Shown here: one piece after another, positions 26,901 through 32,000 of the stretch
How positions within the stretch are numbered: the first letter of the stretch is position 1
How the letters are laid out: each line of letters starts with the position of its first letter
Sequence record: KU230356.1
DNA: 32,000 bases
DNA from: Nodularia phage vB_NpeS-2AV2
Direction: 5' to 3' (one strand)
The notes under the pieces: generated by a model
What the model saw: the letters and a program-made list of their open reading frames with translations, nothing else
What the model was told of the DNA's origin: nothing
Database searches by the model: none
Position numbers and translations under genes: made by a program

Positions 26901-28176
26901 AGTCGGACTGGAAAGACAGGGGCAAATTAACCAAGTTCTAGATCAACAAGAATTACTCAAGTTAAACCGTGAGGAGGTGCTGGCAAGTGACAAAGCTAGG
27001 TTAGATTTAGCTAATAACAGAGTTAGGCGATCTGATAGGCGGAGGGATATCCGTGAGTTGAGAGAGGATATTGGCGAAAGGTTGGATGTAGAGAACTTAT
27101 CTGGTGAGGGTATCTCTAGAAAGAAAATTGTGGCATTAGGGAGGAATTTTGACCCCGGCAGATTGCAGTTGCCGAGGCTACTAGATGGTAATGGGACTAA
27201 TCAGCAAGATACCGGGAGGAGGCAAGAGGTCAACAGGAGCTTAAGCTCTTTCGATTTACAAGAAAATAAGCCTCTAGAAGCTACCAGAGTTGTGGAGGTT
27301 GTTGTAGAGAAGTTAAATGTAGTTAGTGATAAGTCTCTAGAGTCTTCTAACAGACTAGAAGAAGCTAGCGACAACATAAAACAAGTAATTGAATCTTCAT
27401 CATCTCTAAGTAGTGAGCAGCCTAAAATTAAATCGCAGTTAGTTAGTGAAGAAGATCCATTAGGTATTACACAGGCTCTGGGTAAGTTTGGTGACAGGGT
27501 AAAAAATTCCATAGAATCTATAGACCTAGGAGATGGACGTGGTGATATTGCTGAAATAAGTAGGGAAAGAGAATCACGGTTTATTACTTCTAGCGCTTAC
27601 ACAGAAGGTGACGAGAAGTTTAGAGACAGGTTGCAAGCTATGGTTAACTCCGGTGGCTATAGTGGTGAATCTCTACAGGAGTTACAGGCAACTTTGGATG
27701 AGGTGAATAAAAACATACAAGGTGGTATGCAAGGATCTAGTAAAGTAAAACCAAGGCTTAAACCAGTTATAACTAATACTTCTGACAGAACAATAGTTGA
27801 CACTTCTGACAGAGGTAACAGTGACATCCCACCTTCTCAAAGCAGTAGACCTAGAAAGAGAGGTATTAATCAACTTCAACCTGACTCTACAGATCCTACA
27901 GTTACCAGAAGGAACAAGCCTAGAGAAATCTTCAACCCCGACAAAATACAACCAGTACCCAAGGATAAAGTACCAACAATAATCACGCCTAGCCAACGTG
28001 GAGATAGAATTACAACAAGGAATCCCGATGGTAGTGCGACACCTGCAACAATAACCCAAACTTACAATGTGTATTTCAGCAAGGATGACGCAGCTAGTGG
28101 TAAAGCTGCTGAAAACTTTACACAACAAGTTCGTAAGGAGTTGAAAGAAACTTTATTAATGGTAGGTAGAAAGTAG
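17962..28176 (+). CDS. Giant phage tail tape measure protein (3404 aa)
   Basis: Length, GYAFGGKV...VPAMLTPGEFVVNA tape-measure motifs, central hydrophobic segments, long coiled-coil Gln/Glu-rich C-terminal half. Confidence 0.93.
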   Translation: MTISTIDNALRIISNKTAAAALEVNKAFNQFPENLQLSLDYSNNSDTESAETLEQSAGTQQPIENSLLTSNPLAQIDSTETLQPEQIQSETVISPETHLLKDANKVLVDYSRSSDNAKPDKPEQLVQSKQGEAVNVSLFSQPEQYELAAEKVQPTANPLQVDITVNPIKSEQKLDSVALSNGSFTVEQLRNSNPTERSLENKENSPKVDQNLYQTASNPSDDEALTLPENLDVIITNGADLDTKSDDVIKADNQKGYTPNISQPGDSALPIALSNGSFTVEQLRNSNPTERSLENKENSPKVDQNLYQTASNPSDDEALTLPENLDVIITNGADLDTKSDDVIKADNQKGYTPNISQPGDSALPIVTSTNSVTVNQDAIDITTVGKAGGLEPHQLTANTFTDSLLLSEPADLSSSTIIAATDKVPNQNIALTATNPANEQAETISVLGDATKVNPANLSENVAQITTIDNSGNISNQITNQAASDRTTKNDASDISTIGIDVDETVKSNLNGTDIISLTPNSRGGGVTGGDQPISEVQSGTLIKSDNSEESVEKVQGVSTPGALAANLDVTQENLNLSQDLNKQVDTTSSREKSTNLDVGLVTSASPQLVTSADVTQLVATTQEATDKGDAQPDQLNYYWTTTNVDVKQQGSQPSPIRSSPLPTDSSSLSPNPYLAPGFAIDGIDYTTTTDQLGAVEQPDQTYVGSPTIYNQTERVINEDSTALNNREISTYEDNKSVERQKLDTGLGAESFSAENSSNTQSFTDDAVLVRGTVIIPGSDLNAAANTYFGASQTSESTSQSLTTDATIKQSKTADDLTPASNLGSFNTAAGDSTEGLVNTLLTTSQSENYTTSQKLTSDSGISSSSDDQMLTSTDTNSSSTVSTSLATSQIVTDGAGTDYFPNLSPSDQAGVSNVEQVNLSQIVAEVASVSLPNTTPNIGESNSPDYKTTLPGLTKISNQFGQEVYNTTPLFSDLSTSDFLQTRGYAFGGKVLPPISNSGSKPVAPSDTVPAMLTPGEFVVNAKDAQKNLPLLQLLNEGKSVEEVVGAEERTKVSQSKPDTSRVLKPTDSAFSAESVKVPVMLTPGEFVINSEATQENLNLLQNLNKGSDVTNNSEQLTNLEVGKAIAPPQPTVSRETVQQPTTGEKTLQLDSAKTKETVSTSKPQENQPKSVDIATLPVDNAALNSDPNQVQGYASGGLVTPSSGGTGSPPPPPPPTTGGTPSQPGGFDPQQILRLAQFTKQAYAEAEALTRALGVQANTVQKALIAMKALTAAGADYTTQVDFLRKALGITQSQFDTLTAKQEEYAEAQKQVELNSPQRASKVASLAKSTGQTFQEADDLSVDLQLPPEVIEKAVQSVDKLKKSGADVNEQFQLLNDTLGINLSQFEEIDRVQTEAEFRRIQSAEAIKRAKEAALAIAKEEQELTRRPAQTLKLAQATKQPFQEAERFSQSVGLNPATILEALNAIKQLQQAGASLIEQQSFLNTTLGITDTQFQELIATQGSYTEDQRALAEQTASDAQAIAQQQQAEKERINAAKAAQQKNSATISLASSTGLTFDEAAQKSQSIGLDPAAIQQGLAVIDQLNAVNADAATQYQVLSSSIDLTEDQFAELQQLQQELASQSSGDGGGFLGSLRDSAKGVFDGVSKIGFAFQGVQAIVATFRAQLSGAYDKLVQQNVTLQEQLLGTQASLAATNKVIANGLEIKDPTKAIQALEKPLADAIARLRESSLDLVGVTSADLIPIFQFIAQESANIGASLSDSSDLTVSFAAAMGTLKIPLFQAQQEILSILQGQISMDSQLAKNIGLNNEMVNKWKAQGVLVERLNERLAAFASGNKLAAQTIDGIGSNIQEILDEVTRLAGEPLLDPIVKQLGLLYDFLKDNKEELAAVISDAINFFLTVGDSLALVIEGLKPVFESLASIGLDTFSAAGQLAASVINSLIAVLVAMTPVLASLLGIILPVIEALAEFAATDVGQILLQVVLSVTLLSNSLVVLKVTLVAANVVLTLFTTALAASGGGLVGFLVALTKVYPGLVLFTAMVAKAGGGIVGFTAALGASLLPIVVAAAPFVGLAIAVGSVLALISAGMAEDKQRAINEYGKQFNTVADNALKTSQALKNLNDTEKITGKLTEEETKKRDQLRKVAGNQVELIKAQVAELKKFNQANPNDQTKVQISLAERYIKMLENQSGATKTAARDVEDLGNTYEQMGNLARDAQAKLNYDGLSKAQAATTADYQKAADDLLKITTKAYELGQLSATNSAEIGKRSSEITITRLEQIRDDTKLTYETQLAAQQEITKVRQIEVDKQVAGVEIQQSKIQSLISGEVVSQQEGQRRISLEKEKQLNIQTEALRKQLTEEIELRRRLVEGNSQETKESITRIQSEIATIEAKGTDDKLSEQDRANKLRLQSELNYLQEVAKQKSLVENVDKELIDNEKKRAEITKKIRDDEAAGKKANPDDVSEARRLRAVTDQLNAKKESAQASLKEETKSQTDIKNNISKNEAAIASEQKARLDASRQERLKDYDEQLQETDSLYSRYLITQEEFNLKSRDLAVAKAKDELNQLSELAKTTTDKEGLEVIGAKQSVLFKEIEDIEEKYLADRAKNKQTFLDVELKQLEANYAEGNVSTAEYNDQSFELARERTTNEIAEINRIRAYTRSDDAVRLAELDAREAEVRSRFQASQEKLRQEQVSQLELAQKESLQVVKESEIERLTTISQLESDLAIKREEADVLKGEAARETAEAEIELEKEKLDQLEALQPLDNEQMERERLLNLAGLRLSIAQRTKSLIDDEVQQRERLYNVIADRLSKEQKQLQNIATEKQQAIQKETQLQSFLKTSLDQQNQLLNARKDLVSSTQNFLTGQLSILSQTTKNSREQKAIAEAEAQIRLNSVQSQFETERLLLDLKIQQRDLALEQQKIQLESQAIAAQAEGKQAEIELRKLEARRKQGLRVSDDEFEIARLNIEGNQIKQSGIAQQQVGLERQGQINQVLDQQELLKLNREEVLASDKARLDLANNRVRRSDRRRDIRELREDIGERLDVENLSGEGISRKKIVALGRNFDPGRLQLPRLLDGNGTNQQDTGRRQEVNRSLSSFDLQENKPLEATRVVEVVVEKLNVVSDKSLESSNRLEEASDNIKQVIESSSSLSSEQPKIKSQLVSEEDPLGITQALGKFGDRVKNSIESIDLGDGRGDIAEISRERESRFITSSAYTEGDEKFRDRLQAMVNSGGYSGESLQELQATLDEVNKNIQGGMQGSSKVKPRLKPVITNTSDRTIVDTSDRGNSDIPPSQSSRPRKRGINQLQPDSTDPTVTRRNKPREIFNPDKIQPVPKDKVPTIITPSQRGDRITTRNPDGSATPATITQTYNVYFSKDDAASGKAAENFTQQVRKELKETLLMVGRK
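18491..19054 (+). repeat. Perfect tandem duplication, two 282-bp (94-codon) units
   Basis: Unit 1 18491-18772, unit 2 18773-19054; no mismatch found on direct comparison; in frame with the tape measure gene. Confidence 0.95.
19630..19770 (+). repeat. Degenerate duplicate of the tape measure LTPGEFVIN...TQENLNLLQNLNK segment (partner 21202-21342)
   Basis: STPGALAANLDVTQENLNLSQDLNKQVDTTSSREKSTNLDVG versus LTPGEFVINSEATQENLNLLQNLNKGSDVTNNSEQLTNLEVG; DNA also similar, offset 1572 bp. Confidence 0.7.
21650..22840 (+). repeat. Four divergent ~100-aa internal protein repeats in the tape measure protein
   Basis: Repeated LAxxTxxxFxEAxxxSxxLGLxPxxIxxALxxIxxLxxAGAxxxxQxxxLxxxLGITxxQFxEL pattern starting near 21650, 21921, 22250 and 22590. 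Confidence 0.75.
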
Positions 28177-28185
28177 TTTTAAAGC

Positions 28186-28220
28186 TAATCTCGGTTATTA
28201 TTAGTTAATAACCGAGATTA
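28186..28220 (+). terminator. 15-bp perfect hairpin between tape measure and next ORF (terminator or translational control)
   Basis: TAATCTCGGTTATTA-TTAGT-TAATAACCGAGATTA, ends 6 nt before the ATG at 28227. Confidence 0.6.
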
Positions 28221-28226
28221 TAATTT

Positions 28227-28460
28227 ATGAAGCACCTTAACCCATCTCAAGACAGTATCATTCCTTATGGCTCTACCGGCAGTGATGAGATAGTAGAGAT
28301 ACACCAGCAACCCGTAGCGTCCGAGATTAGATACTATAGTGACTTTCTAGACTCTATTTGTCCCACTCCTGAACAGTTGGCAGATTACCTCACAGAACCT
28401 AACGAGCCAACATTCTTGGATAGGCTGGCGAATGCTTTGCGGTTAAGGCAGCAAGGTTAG
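28227..28460 (+). CDS. Hypothetical protein downstream of tape measure
   Basis: 77-aa ORF, 6-nt gap to the next ORF. Confidence 0.55.
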   Translation: MKHLNPSQDSIIPYGSTGSDEIVEIHQQPVASEIRYYSDFLDSICPTPEQLADYLTEPNEPTFLDRLANALRLRQQG

Positions 28461-28466
28461 AAACTT

Positions 28467-29057
28467 ATGACACTTTTAGCTGATATTCAAGCTGCACAGG
28501 TTTGCTGGCAGTTCCCGCTAACCAGAAAAAGAATATTAATCAGAACACCTATTTCACTTGTTTCTCAGTTCAATCCGCAGTTGAAGGATCTACATCTATT
28601 CGATCCTAACAACTATGATGTAGATGACACCGACGCTTATGTTTACTTAGTCTTGATGCCCGGTTACAGCCCTTCCAATAACTTCCAAGCTGAACGTGGT
28701 TTTCAAACGCAATTCTCTAATAGGGCTGCTGTATATTCAACCCGTGAGCGTACCTTCGAGGCTACTGTAGCCCAACCGCAAGCATTTCTCTATTATATAG
28801 TGAACCGGCTAGTTGCTATAAGTGAAACGAGTGCTTTAGCTACCCACGCACCAATTAAAATTATTGATACTTGCCTACCTGAAGGTGCTGGTCTTGCGTC
28901 CAGTGTCACGATTCAGGGTGGTGATTTGGGGACTATCAGATATGGGAGAATAGATATCACTAAGGAGCCTGCTGCTGGTTTGATTTCCTTTGAAGGGTCT
29001 GATTACTGTGTGGGTTCTTGGTCATTTAAGTTTACAGAACTTGCTTTGAGGGTTTAG
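28467..29057 (+). CDS. Hypothetical, possible tail-associated protein
   Basis: 196-aa ORF, position downstream of the tape measure; beta-rich composition. Confidence 0.6.
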   Translation: MTLLADIQAAQVCWQFPLTRKRILIRTPISLVSQFNPQLKDLHLFDPNNYDVDDTDAYVYLVLMPGYSPSNNFQAERGFQTQFSNRAAVYSTRERTFEATVAQPQAFLYYIVNRLVAISETSALATHAPIKIIDTCLPEGAGLASSVTIQGGDLGTIRYGRIDITKEPAAGLISFEGSDYCVGSWSFKFTELALRV

Positions 29058-29138
29058 ACATGGATGAATTAGAACCGATGTACGAGCTTCATTGGTTGTT
29101 TGTGTGCAGTGTTTTGGGTGTGTGAGGAGTGGTAGCTT

Positions 29139-30287
29139 TTAGCCGTGTACCTTAACTTCCTTTGGGAATATAAGATAAGTCATTTTCAACCCACTTAGAG
29201 GAGTTATGGCAACAGCAGTTCTTGAATAGTTGTAATGTATCTGGGCTTCAGTAGAGTTCATAGCTTTCAGACCTTCTATGAGGTGATCCAGGTCAAAAGT
29301 TAAAGTAACATCAGTACCACTAACCTGAGACTGTACTCTCTCACCATAAACTCTGCCATACTGTGCTGAGTCTTTGATTTTCAAGTCTAGCTCTTGATAA
29401 GTGTAGACTGTTCGTAGTTCTACTAGCTTACTACCCTTACCTGAAGTTTGAGATTTTAGCAGGTTGAGTTTATCTAGGAGCGGCTTACGATCAACAGCTA
29501 AGAAAATCTCAGTTCGCTTGGGCAATAATTTCCAGTATTGTGGGTATTCTTCTCTAATCGCACGACTGATGAGTTGGTTATCTCCCCAATCAAACGAGAT
29601 GTTAAAACCATCGCACTTCACAATCACATCAACACCAGAGTTGATAGCTTTATCAGCTAAAAGTTTTCTCAACTCTTCTAAGGCTGTGGCAGGTACTAAG
29701 GCTTTAAATGGCGTGTTAGTACCGTAAAGGTTAAGGAAGCTTACAACGGATAACCTAGCCCCATCTGTAGCAGCTAATTCTAAGCTTTCTTCGGAGATAG
29801 TCAGCATAACACCAAGTAAAACTGTTTTGGTTTTGTCCTTACTCGCTGCAAAGGTTGTACACTGTAAGCCTTCCAATAGCTGCTGCTTGCTAAAAATAGC
29901 TGTTGAAGTATCACCAGTTGGTAAGGGTATCTCTGGGAAATCTTCAGAAGTTAGGCAATCAGTAATGCTGTAGCTACCTGATTCAGACTTTAAGACAACG
30001 CCATCTGGTTCTACGCTTTCAACTGTTATATCGCCTTTTAGTAAGGTAACAGCATCTAGTAATGGCTTTGCAGGGATTGTTATAGATCCCCCACGTAGCG
30101 CTTCAACTTTTAACTTAGTCGTAATGCTGGTGCTAAGGTCAAAACCAACCAGTGTTATTTCATTTGTAGTCTCATCTGCTTTAATGAGTATATGAGATAG
30201 GACTGGGAAGTGTGATCGTTTGTCAGTAGCTCTTTTTGCTATGGTTACTGCTTTTTTGAGTTCGGACTGTGTACAAGTGAATTTCAT
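29139..30287 (-). CDS. dnaN: DNA polymerase III beta subunit (sliding clamp)
   Basis: MKFTCTQSELKKAVTIAKRATDKRSHFPVLSHILI...ALVPATALEELRKLL...HIGH-length match to three-domain DnaN architecture (382 aa), C-terminal YLIFPKEV. Confidence 0.93.
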   Translation of the reverse strand: MKFTCTQSELKKAVTIAKRATDKRSHFPVLSHILIKADETTNEITLVGFDLSTSITTKLKVEALRGGSITIPAKPLLDAVTLLKGDITVESVEPDGVVLKSESGSYSITDCLTSEDFPEIPLPTGDTSTAIFSKQQLLEGLQCTTFAASKDKTKTVLLGVMLTISEESLELAATDGARLSVVSFLNLYGTNTPFKALVPATALEELRKLLADKAINSGVDVIVKCDGFNISFDWGDNQLISRAIREEYPQYWKLLPKRTEIFLAVDRKPLLDKLNLLKSQTSGKGSKLVELRTVYTYQELDLKIKDSAQYGRVYGERVQSQVSGTDVTLTFDLDHLIEGLKAMNSTEAQIHYNYSRTAVAITPLSGLKMTYLIFPKEVKVHG

Positions 30288-30321
30288 GGCGTTAAGATTA
30301 GTAGTGAATCGTTTCTAATGT

Positions 30322-30358
30322 AGCTGCTGAGTGGTGGAATAATTCAGCAGCTTTTTTT
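30322..30358 (+). terminator. Intrinsic-terminator-like hairpin with T7 on the plus strand
   Basis: AGCTGCTGA-N13-TCAGCAGCTTTTTTT; lies between two minus-strand genes. Confidence 0.65.
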
Positions 30359-30369
30359 AAGTATTGGTG

Positions 30370-30684
30370 TTAGTACCAACCAGGAGTTAGCTGTGATTCT
30401 GGGCAAGAAGCTTCACCAGGAACTGTGTCAAAAAGTGTTGGCACGTAACCATCAGGTCTGACCAGTTTGTAGAAGATTTTGTCATATGTGATCAGCTTAG
30501 ATTCAACTACAAATTTATTACCTTTGTGTGTTACTTTATCTCCTGGTTGGTACAGAGCAGAATCAAAATACTCAGAAGCTAGTCTAAAGTGCCTTATTGT
30601 TACTTCCTGATCAAGCTTTTGTTTACCTATCTTATAGTCGGACAAAATACGATCAAGTTCGGCTTGGTATTCTTCTTGTGTCAT
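30370..30684 (-). CDS. Hypothetical protein
   Basis: 104-aa ORF, YQPGDKVTHKGNKFVVESKL SH3/KOW-like segment (weak). Confidence 0.5.
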   Translation of the reverse strand: MTQEEYQAELDRILSDYKIGKQKLDQEVTIRHFRLASEYFDSALYQPGDKVTHKGNKFVVESKLITYDKIFYKLVRPDGYVPTLFDTVPGEASCPESQLTPGWY

Positions 30685-30721
30685 GGTGCTATTGTGGATA
30701 TATAACTAATAAATTTGTGAG

Positions 30722-30757
30722 AGCTAATAGGTTTGTGCTTACACCTATTAGCTTTTT
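30722..30757 (+). terminator. Intrinsic-terminator-like hairpin with T5 on the plus strand
   Basis: AGCTAATAGGT-N10-ACCTATTAGCTTTTT between minus-strand ORFs. Confidence 0.6.
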
Positions 30758-30763
30758 GATTGG

Positions 30764-31696
30764 TTATTTCCTGAGACCATCTCGGAAAGCCTGCCTTTCC
30801 TGCTTAATTTCCTTGCTAAATTGGTGCATTTCTTTCTGCATACGTGCCACCTCATCAGCCCCATAAAGGTCAATTAGCACATCTTTAAGTGGTCTTTCGA
30901 CTCTCTTAAAGTACGGCTTCGGTAAACCTTCCTCTTTACCAATCCAGTCATCGCTATCACTTACAGGAACCTTTACAGGTTGAGACTTTTTATTTTTAAC
31001 GTGTCTAGGCTTGCGTGTGGTCTGTTTAACCTGTTCTAAAGTTTCTAACGCTTGTGAGTCTAAGGCATACTCGTCCGAGGATTGTTTTAGGACTAGCCTC
31101 TCAGTCTTACTATCAGATACGCTACCGCCAAGACTTGCAACAATAGCGGCAATAGAGTCATTTATGCTGGGAGCTTCATCAAAGTTTGTAACCTCATCAG
31201 GTAGCTCTCTGTATTTGAGAATATTAGCGTCGCCTGCAAGGTCTCCTACAACATCCTGAACTAAGGTTTTGAAGTCAATGTCAAAGTGCGAGTATCTGGT
31301 GGCGATGGTAATGTTTTGCAGGTATGTTCTCTTAGCAATAGTGTAGAAAATCTTCCTGTAATCAGGGTCATCTGTGTGCCATACAAAAGCGTCTTTGTTA
31401 CCAAAGCTTAAGTGAAGTAGGAGCATAGGAGCGCCGAAGGTTATCTTAACCTGTGACAGCGTTGCTATTGCATATTTAATTTCTTCCTCACCACCAGCAT
31501 TGTCAACTACTTCTAGAATATTCTTTATTAGAGGTTCATCACGGATATAGATGGCTTCATTTTCACTTGGCGACCCCCACTTGTAGCCTGAATAACCAGG
31601 AAAAAGAGACATAACAGGTTTAGGGTTCCTGGTCGGTATCATTCTCTGCAATAGATATTTTTCAGCGTCGTTTACTTCTTTTGGTTTTCTACCCAT
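30764..31696 (-). CDS. Hypothetical protein
   Basis: 310-aa ORF overlapping the upstream ORF by 8 nt. Confidence 0.65.
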   Translation of the reverse strand: MGRKPKEVNDAEKYLLQRMIPTRNPKPVMSLFPGYSGYKWGSPSENEAIYIRDEPLIKNILEVVDNAGGEEEIKYAIATLSQVKITFGAPMLLLHLSFGNKDAFVWHTDDPDYRKIFYTIAKRTYLQNITIATRYSHFDIDFKTLVQDVVGDLAGDANILKYRELPDEVTNFDEAPSINDSIAAIVASLGGSVSDSKTERLVLKQSSDEYALDSQALETLEQVKQTTRKPRHVKNKKSQPVKVPVSDSDDWIGKEEGLPKPYFKRVERPLKDVLIDLYGADEVARMQKEMHQFSKEIKQERQAFRDGLRK

Positions 31697-32000
31697 TGTT
31701 TTTATCTCCTTGTTGTTCTGCTATCTTCTGATCCATGAAAGTAGTAATAGCCTCAATAGCTGCGGCTTGCCACACTGTGTAGCCTGTAACTTGGCATAAT
31801 CTACGTTTTAACTGTTCTGGAAGCTGTAGAGCGTGTATCTGGTCAAACTCACCTGCTTTTATAGTCTCTATATCGTACTTACAGAGAATAGATAAAGCAG
31901 CGTGGACTGTTTTAGATTTGGTGTTTTCCTTAAGCAAGGGCTGCAAGTAGTCAACCATATCAATATCAACGTCTACACAAACTTTAGTTGCTTTTCGCAT
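31689..32000 (-). CDS. Hypothetical protein, possibly ribbon-helix-helix-like N-terminus
   Basis: 103-aa ORF with ATG at the window edge (may extend beyond); TKVCVDVDIDMVDYLQPLLKENTKSKTVHAALSILCKY. Confidence 0.5.
   Translation of the reverse strand: MRKATKVCVDVDIDMVDYLQPLLKENTKSKTVHAALSILCKYDIETIKAGEFDQIHALQLPEQLKRRLCQVTGYTVWQAAAIEAITTFMDQKIAEQQGDKNNG

Noticed and set aside
27682-28128. 148-aa minus-strand ORF inside the tape measure gene (also 19140-21530, 24054-24323, 26115-26375, 27201-27512)
   Set aside because: Antisense frames of a strongly supported CDS, with compositional mirror products rich in Ser/Leu/Cys.

Overview
AT-rich window that looks like part of a large siphovirus-type genome or prophage of a filamentous-cyanobacterium-like host. 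The evidence is a giant tail tape measure gene (about 10.2 kb, 3404 aa), phage-style nucleotide metabolism genes, a large serine recombinase, and seven HIP1 octamers (GCGATCGC). Left arm (minus strand): small hypotheticals, an HD-family MESH1/SpoT-like alarmone hydrolase, a Dam-type adenine methylase and a C5-cytosine methylase. These genes appear to be organised into units with a repeated intergenic promoter/leader element and a repeated terminator hairpin. Centre (plus strand): a dTMP cluster (dUTPase, divergent ThyX, small ORFs, thymidylate kinase), then a minus-strand serine recombinase. Next come an adenosylcobalamin-dependent (class II) ribonucleotide reductase with a 336-aa intein placed exactly before the catalytic Cys, and a downstream ORF I read as a divergent PduO-type cob(I)alamin adenosyltransferase. 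A minus-strand ORF follows that resembles the alpha-glutamyl/putrescinyl-thymine pyrophosphorylase / 5-hmdU-kinase helical domain clade. Right arm: putative tail chaperone, tape measure, tail-associated ORFs, phage-encoded DnaN sliding clamp and hypotheticals. The two system-level hypotheses most worth testing are (1) a phage module coupling a B12-dependent RNR with its own cobalamin adenosyltransferase, and (2) a thymine-hypermodification or alternative thymidylate pathway pairing a ThyX with altered active-site motifs with the pyrophosphorylase-like protein. Family assignments are by eye from remembered motifs; no database search was run.
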